A stretch of DNA of 64,000 bases from NCBI GenBank assembly GCA_013239625.1, contig MU053493.1, positions 567,793 to 631,792 of the forward strand, read 5' to 3'. Positions 53,502 to 64,000 of this stretch are shown piece by piece (the stretch's first letter is position 1; the number at the start of each line of letters is the position of its first letter). This DNA comes from Lama guanicoe. Its lineage: Eukaryota. A program made the translations under genes and the position numbers. The notes beneath the pieces were generated by a model. The model saw only the letters and a program-made list of their open reading frames with translations, made no database searches and had not been told where the DNA came from.

Positions 53502-55229
53502 AAAATCCCAGGAAGCCATTTTTTGTAGATATCAACCAACTGAGTCTAAAATGCTTATGAAAACACATAGGACCACCTAGAAGAACCAACAGAAACCTTA
53601 AGAGGAAAAACAAAGTTGAAGGATTCACAATAACAGATTTAAAACAATAATATAAAGCTACAGTAATCAAGACAGTATGGTACTGGCAAAAAAGAAAAAA
53701 AAAATAGATGTAGATCAATGGAAGAGAATAGAGTCTAGAAAGAGAACCACACAAATGTAGTCAACTAATCTTTGACAAAGACACAATCACAATCCAATGG
53801 CCAAAAGATAGCTTTTCAATAAATAATGCTGGAATGATTGGATATCCATATGCTAAAAGATGAACCTAGACACATGCCTTATACTTTACACAAAAATTAA
53901 TTCAAAATGGATCATATACCTATTGCAAAACTAAAAATTCCAGAATAATATCTAGAAGAACATCTATGTGAGTTTTTAAATACAATAGCAAAGACATGCT
54001 TCACGAAATAAAAAATCAATAAATTTGACTTTATTATGGTTAAAAACTGCTTTGTCAAAGACACAGTTAAGAGAATGACAAGTTAAGCCACATACTGGTA
54101 GAAAATATGCAAAACACATATGAGATAAAGTACTTATATCCAAAATATGTGACAAGAAGAAAGCAACCCAATTATTAAAAAGGCAAAGATTAAAAAGACA
54201 CCTCATCAAAGAAGATATGCAGATGGAGAACAAGCACATGCAAAAAGTCCTCAGCATCATTTCATCATTAGGAAAATGCAAATTAAGACATCAGTGACAT
54301 ACAATCACATCTATTAGAAGGGTTAAATTCCAAACTGACAAAATCATTGTGGCTGAAGATTCTGAGCAAGAGAAACTCCCATTCATTGTTGGCAAGGAAG
54401 CAAAACGGCACAGACACTGTGGAAGACAGTTTGGCATCTCACAAAGTGAGCCACAATATTACCATACAATCCAGAATCACTATACAATCAAAGCTAGCGA
54501 GCCACAGTATTTACATACCATACAAAGCAGCCATAGTGTTACAATTCCTATATAGGTGTCCAGTTGATTTGAAAACTCACATTCACACAAATCCTGGCCA
54601 TGCTGTTTACATATAACCTTTTCTCATAATCAGTAAAAATCGGAAGCAATTAAGATGCCCTTGGGTGAATGGATAAAGAAACTATGGTATATCCATATAA
54701 TGGAATACTATTCAGCAATAAAAAGAAACTAGGTACCAAACTCTGAAAACATATGGAGAAACCTTAAAGGTATGTAGCCAAGAAAAGGAAGCTAGTCTGA
54801 AAAGGCTACATAATGTGTCATTTCATATATATAACATTCTGAAAAAGGCAAAAATGTAGAGACAGTAGATCAGTGGCGGTGGGGGAGGGCATTGTTGAGG
54901 AAGGTGGAGGATTGACCAGATGAGACAGAGAGGGCTTTTTAGGGAAGTAAAACCATTTGTATGATACTGTAATAGTGAACATAGGACGTTTTGCATTTGT
55001 CAAAACCCATAGAACTGTACAACACAATCTTCCCAGCACTTCAGTCAGAGCCAAAAGCAGCCAGTGCAGGGAACACCCCGACCCATGCCAACACTCAGAT
55101 GCACACACTCTCTACCCCAAACCCTTCCACTGAGCTGCCATCACCTTTATCTATCTCTCTAGTAAAAAATTGCAGATTCTCCTTAAAGAGGCTCATTGTA
55201 AACATTCAGATGTCTACAGGCTGACAGAG

Positions 55230-55540
55230 CTCCTGCAGATAAGAGGGTTAAACTGAGGAGGTGGACAGGAAGTGGCACATGGCTTTCTTCTCACCCCGTC
55301 AAGCCCTTCATTACATTTTTGCGAAACATGACGCTCCGTGAACATTCCATATCATAATTCCAGGCGATGAGGGTATTTTCAAACGTATTTTATGTCTAAC
55401 TATGAAATGGTCATGGCTAATTCCAAATCCCACTACACTGATTACGTGAGTTGGACAGTGCACACAAGAGCTGCGCAATTCTGGTGAAGTGTTTACATCT
55501 GCAGAGATAAGTGAGAAATGGTTTATTAATAATCGTGACG
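55230..55540. promoter_or_regulatory. Candidate enhancer (motif cluster)
   Basis: AGATAAG 55237 and 55505, CAGGAAGTG 55266, TTGCGAAA 55319, TGCGCAAT 55472, TGTTTAC 55490, retained CpGs, non-repetitive. Confidence 0.35.
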
Positions 55541-58500
55541 CCACTAAGGGGGAGGGAGGTGAAGGAGGGCGAGCAGGGGAGATAATGGCATATGTACAGC
55601 CTCCTCCCCTCTTCCGCACAAACAGCTGCCCCCACACTGGGGCCCAGGGCCAGCGCAGGAGCAGACAACACCCTGCAATGCAGCGAGAGGCATCCGCAGG
55701 CTCCCTCAGGACGCCTCCCTGCACTGAGACACACCAGCACTCCCTTCTCCACCTCCGCTGCTGCAGATACAAGTGGGTCCTCAGGAGCTTTGTTCTCAGA
55801 AACAGACTTTTACTGACGGGTCTGAAATTAGCTTTTACTCAAGAGTCCCAATTTCAAACATTCAAGCTTTACAACACTGAAGAAGTTAGCACACGTTAAA
55901 AAAAAATTGTCCCTTCCAGCAGACGAATCACTTTTGTCATTAAAAGGACAGAAAAGAAAACCCTGCACAGATATAACACTGGCCTGACCCAAATGACACC
56001 TCCTGTGGCCTCTCCTTGGATAAGCATGGAGAGTGTCTATCGCATCCTGTACCAGTCCTGAGCAAGGCATACTTCTAGGCACCAGCTAGGCTAAGTGAGG
56101 GAAAGGTTTTCACTGAGCACAGTTTACATTCCTGATATTAGGGCCTTCTAAAGCTATTTTTTTCCTCTTATATATATATATATATTTTTTTTTTTCTTTT
56201 GAGTCGTTTTTGAAGTCACCCTTGGCTCTATGAAGTTCTTAACTCACCTTTTGTCGATTTCCATCTGCCTTTTAATTCCACATCTTAAACCATAGATGAT
56301 CAGGACTTCTCCATTCATCCACACCTGAATCGAAGACCCCTAATATTCCATCCCAAATGTCCACACTCACAGTTGCATTTGGATGGGGAGCAGATGGGCA
56401 GACAGGCAATTTATCTGTAGCCACTGAAGGCTGTCTTCATAGTAATAGAATGGAAAATGGCTGATGGACGGCTGTCAGCCCAAAGGAAGGAACGGCAGGG
56501 GAGAAATGTGGGCAGAGTACTAGCCCTCTGCATCTCCCTACGATTGCCACACTGGCTTCTGCTGTGACCCTAAAGGAGACAGGAGCACAATGAAGAACTT
56601 GCCAGGCATCAAAGAAGAGAGTGCAAGGCCGGAAGCCCCCTCCTCTCAACGGGAGGGCTCACCGTTTGCCCCTCCCTCCCACGCCCGCCCCCTCCCAGCT
56701 GTCTGTCCACACGTTTGTTCGTTTGTTCTCGGAAACAAAGCTCACACAGACACAAACCCGCACACCAGCTTTCCTGAGACTAGCCCCAGTCTCAAACATT
56801 TCCCAGAGCATGGTCAGGTACTGGGGCTGTCACATGTGAAGCACCTCCCTGCCTATGAGTGGCGACAGAATGTTGAGTTTGGGAGACCTGGGATAATGAA
56901 CCCAGCTGTCAGTGTTTCAGAAATCTTGGTGGAGTTACCTGAAGCTTTAATGATTTATTCATTCAGCCCTCCTCGAGACTCCTTTTCCCTTTACACTCCC
57001 GATTCACATTGTCCAGCCCCAGCTTTGAGTGATTCTCTGTCTGAAGCCAGGGGCACTCAAGGTTTTTGTTAACCTTTCATTCTGCACAGGAGCCAGAGAT
57101 CCCTTTAGACCTCACTGTGGCCAATCAGCAAATTAAGGCAACTTAAGTGGAGGCAATTTAAGTAGGAATGGTGATGGAATATATAATAGATGATTAGCGC
57201 AAAGAATAGGCGGCAAGCGTTAGAATGGAGAAACCGCCCAGCCAGCATCTCCCTGCCCCAGCACCCCTCCCCCAGCAGTTTGTCTCTCCTTTGAAAAGAG
57301 AAAAGAACACAGGCACAAAGAGGACCCCTTGGAGTACAAAGCCCAGTGTGGAGACCCTGATGCACAAAGAAGACTTTCCCTTTTCTCTTTTCCCCTCACC
57401 GTGCCCCATGCCTGCCAGCAGCTGGTTCCTACACGCAACCTCTCCACACACACACACACCCCGCCTGGACACCACATTCTTTCAAGTGCCCTCATTTCCA
57501 GCATTCTGCACTAGGGGGATTCACACAGGATGGCTTCTGAATCCCACACAATCATTCTAGCTAGGACTGGAGTGTGACTTGGAGCTAGGTGGGAGACGGT
57601 GGATGTTTCTGAGATGCAACCACCTTTTCCCAGATGACAGCCTATCTGTTCTGATACCATTTCAGCCCTCTGAGCCATGAACTACACAGTCTTTCCGATT
57701 AAAAACCTCTTTTCCATTTCCAGTTTTACATGTAGTCTACCATGTCAACCCCAGAGAGTCCCAAAACCCAGCTCAGTATCCATAAGTATCTGAATATGCC
57801 AACCGGGGAACCCTAGCAGGTCAGTTATGGGAGTAAGAATTATGCTGCTCTCTAGGGTCACACTACACAACTTGTCCATCAAACACCCCAAACTCAGAGG
57901 GAAGGAGAGCTGGGTAGATGAGGAAGGGAGTATAAAATCAAGGCCATACCCCCATCTCTCTTTGTGCCCCCCAACCCCGACTTCTGCAGGGTCCTAACAA
58001 GAGACAAAGGAGACAGAGTGCTCCTAGAAGGCTCTCCTGAGGGCAGGATGCACCCCCTTGGCTCCCTTCTCCTCCCCTAAACTCCCCCTAGCGCTCTTAC
58101 ATTGGTGCCCTTGTCTGCAGAAACAGTGTCTACAAAATGTGCTATTACACCAGATTTTTCTCAGATGGCCCTGATCTCCAAAGTTTTTGCCTTGTCCTTG
58201 GCCCTGAGATTGACCATTAATTCTGCATCCTTTCCCTGGACCCGAGGAATAATGGATGCAGCCAGGAGACCAGAGCATGAGTTTCTGAGGGTAAGACAGT
58301 GCTACCTGTTTTCTCCCTTCAGTCTTCACAGTGCCTTCTTACACTGTCAAGCTCTTAACCCACTCCCTGTCAAACTCCTACAGCCTTTCCATTCTGTGTC
58401 AAACATGTACACATGCCCGCCCCACGCACACTCCCTACACACAGACGACGAGAGCTTAATCTTTCCCTCTACACACGCATCAGGGATCTTGGTTGTCTGC

Positions 58501-59234
58501 TTCAAATCCCAAGGACCCGCGATTGCACATAGGAAGATTAGTGAGATGTCAGAATGAGGTAATTGTTTAGGAGTAAAGTTTAGGCTGATATCTTCAGTAA
58601 GACACGGAAAAGTGGCTCATCAAATACAGGGAGTTCAGAGAAGGGGAGTGGCAGGCAGGCGGAGGAGGCAGGATCCATCAGTAGTCTTTGCGGACGCAAC
58701 CCCAGACTCTGGGGAAAACAGCCCGAGGGAGACAAGTGTCGGGGAAAGGGATGTGGAGACTCAAGGAGTCCCGCTTCATCACACAGAGGCAACAACCAGC
58801 CAGCTGCATCTTGTTCAGGGTCTGCCAAGCCCACCAGAGGTTTAACACCACGCAGTTGCCTGTGGACAGACAAGCTGTTGGCAGAATGAGGTCATTAATG
58901 GGAAGCCATGCTTATGGTTGATTCCCAACCAGTAAGTATATTTCCCCAAAATCTCAAACTCAGATATTCCAGTCTCCAGTCTCATGGTGCCCAGAGAATC
59001 CAAGCAAGCAATCCATTGAGCTCTATGCAATTCCAATTATTCGACCTTTTATGTTTCACTTTATTTTCACTTCTTCCCAGCCTTACCTCCCCCACTCTGC
59101 TCACATCACTAGCCCATTATATCCATATACCACCTCATCCCAGCTCCCTGTTTAATTCCTATCCTACCTCTAGAACCAGACATGTCTGGAGAAAAAATAT
59201 TTAACTGTGGTTTGGTTTTTTCAGTTTGCACAAA

Positions 59235-60668
59235 TTTTTTTAAATTGTGTTAAAATATGCATAACATACAATTTACCATCGTAACCCTTCTCAGTGGCAT
59301 TAAGTACATTTACACTGTTGTACAACCATCCCCATCACCCATCTCCAGAACTATTTTCATCCTGTAAAACTGAGGCTCTCAACTCACTAACAACCTCCCA
59401 ACGCCCCATCCTTCCAGAGAACATGGCCAACCACCATTCTCCTTTGTGTCTCTATGATTTTGACTACTTTAAGTACTGCAGTGGAATCAGTATTGGTTGT
59501 TTTGTAACTGGCTTATTTCACTTAGCATAAAATCCTCTAAGTTCATCTATGTTGTTACATATATCAAGAATCCCCTTCTTGGAACCCTCCTACACTGCTG
59601 GTGGGAATGCAGTTTGGTGCAGCCACTATGGAAAACAGTGTGGCGATTCCTCAAAAGACTAGGAATAGACTTACCATATGACCCAGGAATCCCACTCCTG
59701 GGCTTGTACCCAGAAGGAAATCTACTTCAGGATGACACCTGCACCCCAATGTTCATAGCAGCACTATTTACAATAGCCAAAACATGGAAACAACCTAAAT
59801 GTCCATCAACAGGTGACTGGATAAAGAAGATGTGGTATATTTATACAATGGAATACTACTCAGCCATAAAAACCGACAACATAATGCCATTTGCAGCAAC
59901 ATGGATGCTCCTAGAGAATGTCATTCTAAGTGAAGTAAGCCAGAAAGAGAAAGAAAAATACCATATGAGATCGCTCATATGTGGAATCTAAAAAACAAAA
60001 ACAAACAAACAAACAAAAACAAAGCATAAATACAGGACAGAAATAGACTCATGGACAGAGAATACAGACTTGTGGTTAGGGGGGGGGGGTAGAGGGTGGG
60101 AAGGGATAGACTGGGATTTCAAAATTGTAGAACAGATAAACAAGACTACACTGTATAGCACAGGGAAATATACACAAAATGTTATGATAAAACACAGAGA
60201 AAAAAAAAAAAAGAATCCCCTTCTTTAAAAAAAGCTGAATGGTACTCCATGGTACATATGTACCACGTTTTGTTTACTATTCATTCCTCGATGCACACAT
60301 GGGCTGCTTCCACAACTTAGCTATTGTGAGTCACGCTGCTGTGAACATGGGTGTACAACTATCTCTTCAAGATTCTGCTTTACAATTCTTTTGATCATAT
60401 GCCCAGACGTGGAATTGCTGGATCATATGGTAATTCTATTTTTAATTTGTTAAAAATCATCATGCCTTTCTCTACAGTGGCTGCACCGTTCATTTTATAT
60501 TCCCATCATTGTTGTGCAAAGTTTCCATTCCTCCACATCTTCATCAACAATTATTTTCTGTTCTTTTTTGTTTTTGTTTGTTTGTTTGTTTATAATAGCC
60601 ATTCTAACGAGTGGGAAGTGGTATCTCATTGAAGACTTGATTTGCATTTTCCCAGTGATTAGTGAGGT
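59235..60668 (-). mobile_element. Old L1MB-like 3' end split by a young L1
   Basis: 'aattgtgttaaaatatgcataacatac...cagtggcattaagtacattt' continues after the insertion as 'gctgaatggtactccat...ttgatttgcattt'. Confidence 0.85.
59581..60210 (+). mobile_element. Young lineage-specific L1, truncated at both ends
   Basis: Open ORF2 C-terminus ([10 protein letters not shown]...YHMRSLICGI); perfect 15-bp TSD 'aagaatccccttctt' at 59566-59580 and 60211-60225. Confidence 0.96.
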
Positions 60669-60727
60669 TTAACTGGGGGTTTAGACTTCACTTATTATAT
60701 TACTTTATTTTGTTATTTTATTATATG

Positions 60728-60800
60728 TGTTATTATATATTATATTATATTATATTATATTATATTATATTATATTATACTATACTATGCTATATTATAA
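60728..60800. repeat. (TATAT)n pentanucleotide microsatellite
   Basis: 'tatattatattatattatattatatt...'. Confidence 0.9.
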
Positions 60801-60804
60801 TCAC

Positions 60805-62135
60805 AGACTTCTCCAGGGGTCCAGGATAGAGTAAATTATTCTGGACATGTCCTTCCACCTTAAAAACTAGAAAGCTGATCAGAATATTCAAAACAAAGTT
60901 TCTCAGACATTGAAAAACAGGCAGCATAGAATTACACACAGGAAACCATATAGGTGAACCCCATGATCATCTAGGATTTTTGCTTGGAGGTACATTCAGA
61001 ACAGTAGTCCTAGGAGGGGAGGCTCACATGGCACTCTTAGCAGTGGAAAGGAAGATGAAAGTTCAGGAAGGCAGAGGCATCTGGAAGGTGTGGGAAGAGA
61101 ACCAGAGAGGAGTGAGCGATGCAAAGGCATAGATCCAGAAATCTGCCTCGTGGCCTCCACAGCACTGTTTCTGAGTGCTAAGGCGTGTTTGCACTAGGTG
61201 AGACAGGGTAAAGAGGAACAAGTAAACAACAGAGAACTGCATCCTGATCAGTTCCCAGGGTTCAGAGAGGGCTGAGACGCATCTGAGTTAAGACCAAGCA
61301 GAGAAAATATTCTTTGTGGAGCTCCTGGTACGTTAAATAAAAACATCGAAAGAGCATACCTTAATTATAGTCATAAACGATCCACAGAATAAGAACTACT
61401 CCAGGTCTGCTGCAGCAGAGCTTAAGGAAGTCTCAGAAGGATCCTATTCACTCATATATATTTTAATTGCCTTTTAAAATAACTTCAACCCTCCTTAAAA
61501 GAAGACTAAAAAAAAAAATCCAGGTGATCGACAATGTAAAATCACAATGTACAATATCCAGAAGAACTCCAGATGGGCAAAGAAGCAGAAATATGAGACC
61601 CATGACGAGGAGAAAGTCAGTTAAAATAAACAGGCTTAGAAACGACATGGGTGATGGAATTAGCAAACAACCAGTTAAAAGCACATTTTGTACCTATAGA
61701 CAAGGATTTAAAAGAAATGAACATAATAAGAACAAAACAGAAGATATTAAAAGTGGAATTTGTAGAGTTGGAAGTTACAATAAATACAGTAAAAATTTCA
61801 CAGGACAACCCCCAGATTAAATACTGCAGAAAAATGAAAAGAGAAATGGAAAGTACGATAATAAAAACTATCCAAACACAGGCATAGAGATTAAAAGAAA
61901 AGTGAAAGAACAGAGATATATGGGACTATGGTTGAAAATGCAACGTACAGAATGGGAGAAAACTTTTGTAAACCATCTACCTGCTGGAGGATTATTATCC
62001 AAACTAATTAGAAAAGAGCAAAGATCTAAATAGGCAGTTTTCCAGACAGATATTCATATGGCCATTGGGTACCTAAAAAGTGCCCAACATCACTAACCAT
62101 CAGGGAAATGCAAATTAAAACCACCATGAGATATC
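60805..62135 (+). mobile_element. Ancient L1 5' region/ORF1 and ORF2 3' fragment
   Basis: 'agacttctcc...caggatagagtaa...aaaactagaaagctg'; 'cagaatgggagaaaacttttgtaaacc...cagggaaatgcaaattaaaaccaccatgagata'. Confidence 0.65.
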
Positions 62136-62189
62136 TTGTATTACAATATTAGATACAATCACAATGCTAGATAGAGTATTATAATACAA

Positions 62190-64000
62190 CATAAAGTTTT
62201 CTCCAGTCAGGCATAATATTAATCCTAATAACAGGTTTATGTAAACGAGGCACAACCACTTCACATAAGGTCTGTGCAAACATTTCAATTTCCATTCAGA
62301 TGTTTATCTTAATCCCATCAACAGTTGCTTTCCCCATATCCTCCCCGATCTAATTTTAGCCCTACTTAGCACTTCACCAACAGATTTAGGAATCAGGGTC
62401 TTGGACTCCAATGTCAAGGAGTCCTGGACAGGTTTCTTCTCCACCTCTTGGTCATTTTATCCACACTGTGTATATGGCCTTAGGTTCCAAGCTGGGGGTT
62501 GGGTCTTTCATTAATCTTCATCCTGATCTGCTGGGCTAGAGTCCTTGGATATTTGAAGACAGGTTTCTGATTGTCGTCTTTGCCTCCCAGCTTAAAAAAT
62601 TCCTATAAACTAGAGTCAACAGAATGGACTTGCTCAGAGCCCTTCATCATTGGGGCTAGTAGGGCAACCTGTGTGTTTGCGTAACCTTGATAGTCCTGTG
62701 ATAGGACCTTTGTGTTGACCTCATTGATGTCTGCCTTTTTCATTCTATTCCTTAACAACCATTCAAAGTCTTCCACCCTGCTGGGACAAGTCCCCTTGAC
62801 TATTCCCTCTTGTCTTTCTCTATTCCCTTGTGGCTCACTCTAATTATCTTAGCATCTGTAGACTCAAAAGAGGAAGCTAAGATGATGCATTTGACACAGC
62901 ATCTCAGACTATTGCTTGATGTTTCAGCAGTAAGTTTACATGGAGTGCCCATTTGAAAGAAGCCTCCTTCATTGTGAAATCTACCATGATGTGAGTAAGG
63001 GGCTTATTCAATCAACGAACTTGCCCACTGTGACAGCCAACCCAGTTTGGCTGACATATACTTCATACTAGCTGCTTAATCTGGAAAATTCTGCTTAGCA
63101 TTTAGAGGAGAGAAAGGAAAAAAATTCCCCTTCTCAGAGTAAACAAACCTCACAGTGGCTTATATCAGTCTACTCGACTAGCTGTCCCTGCAGTATTAGG
63201 CTGCTGTGTGTTCGCATTATGTGTGGCCATCTGTGATTGATCAGTAGTTACCTGGGCTCTGCATCAACCCCAACCTGCCCTGCCATAGCACAGCAGCAAA
63301 CATCAAGGGCACTGCTCCTGAGTTACACTGCCCACCTAGTTATTTATTCATTGTAAAAAGACTGCTCTTTAGGAAACTGATGATACTGATTCACAGAGGA
63401 GACAACTGCTTCACACTGCCTTCATTTTGGTAGCTTCTTAGTTTGGCACCTCCACTGCCACCAGGATGACTTTCTTGGTAATAAGAGATCATACAAATAT
63501 CATCTGTTGTTCTAGAATAATCTTCCCTTTGTTGGCAACCCTGAGGCTAGTGGCTATAGCGAGAAGTGGCCAAAATTCAAGCTTAGTGAAGATGCAGGTT
63601 CTGCTTCAACAATTTCCTCTACTTAATTTTAGCTGTTACAGATAAAAACAATCAAGGGATTATATATTTAGCTTTTTGTTCTCACTGCTTTGCATTCCCT
63701 TAGCTATCCAATGAGTAGACTCTTAAGGAGTTGGATCTGTCATTTCTAAATCCCACTGGTAATATTTTCCTTCAGTAACTGATCCCAGTGCAGTTGCTAC
63801 CTCTCACTATGGGTGACTTACTAGCCATCCCTGCATCTCAGGTTTGCCATTCCCTGCTCTTTTGTCCATTCTTTTCCCAAATAATACTTCCACCATGTTT
63901 CAGTGACTCAGAGTCATCCATGTGAATGACTAACTAACACCAACTTGAGAACTGGGTTCCCAAGACAACCCTCAGACTCAGTGATTCACTAGAAGGACCC
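62190..64000 (-). mobile_element. Decayed class III/ERVL-type LTR element (MER21-like LTR end, gag and protease remnants)
   Basis: Window ends in 'gggttcccaagacaaccctcagactcagtgattcactagaaggac' (MER21-like LTR, reversed). Minus-strand translation of ~62195-62435 gives GLLDIGVQ...LIPK...LCEVVVPRLHKPVIRINIMPDW, resembling the ERVL protease GLLDTG...PVVISPVPECIIGIDILSSW. Confidence 0.65.

Larger units (their letters stand above)
50100..55030 (+). mobile_element. Long decayed LINE-1 (5' region, partial ORF1, ORF2, 3'UTR)
   Basis: ORF1-like 'LPGKEFKVSMINILRALMEKVDNVQE'; ORF2 'NSIRNEREKITSDHMDIKRIIR'; RT 'ttcacagatgac' ~52430; L1MC/D-type 3' end 'caaaacccatagaactgtacaacac'. Confidence 0.88.

Noticed and set aside
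55311..57072. ORFs of 136-160 aa (55311..55772, 55489..55899, 56590..57072) as genes
   Set aside because: No recognisable domain; overlapping ORFs on both strands are expected in GC-richer DNA
59497..59991. 164-aa ORF (and 24990..25343, 8175..8417, 32020..32235, 47690..47932) as host genes
   Set aside because: All are L1 ORF2 C-terminal fragments in 5'-truncated insertions

Overview
This window is repeat-dense, AT-rich mammalian genomic DNA, most likely camelid (alpaca/llama/camel). That call is an inference from two ~80-bp tRNA-derived SINEs of the Vic-1 type, several young L1 3' ends of one lineage, and no obvious Alu, B1, Bov-A/tA, PRE-1 or SINEC. I could not identify any host protein-coding gene. 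The ORF-track peptides I recognise are LINE-1 ORF1/ORF2 remnants; the rest look like chance ORFs. Most of the window is nested LINE-1 of several ages, plus MaLR LTRs (one with its internal region), an ERVL-type gag/protease remnant at the right end, Tc2/Tigger DNA-transposon fossils, MIR and microsatellites. The unique sequence holds candidate regulatory elements: a CpG-richer promoter-like patch with a near-perfect RFX X-box (~33.28 kb), a 61-bp tandem repeat carrying four AP-1 sites (~20.0-20.2 kb), a CTCF-like site (26.63 kb) and a transcription-factor motif cluster (~55.2-55.5 kb). Several splice-site-bounded segments on the minus strand could belong to a noncoding or unannotated transcript. 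I see no evidence of a novel enzymatic or defence system. Repeat subfamily names come from recalled consensus sequences, not a database search, and repeat boundaries are approximate unless a target-site duplication (TSD) is given.
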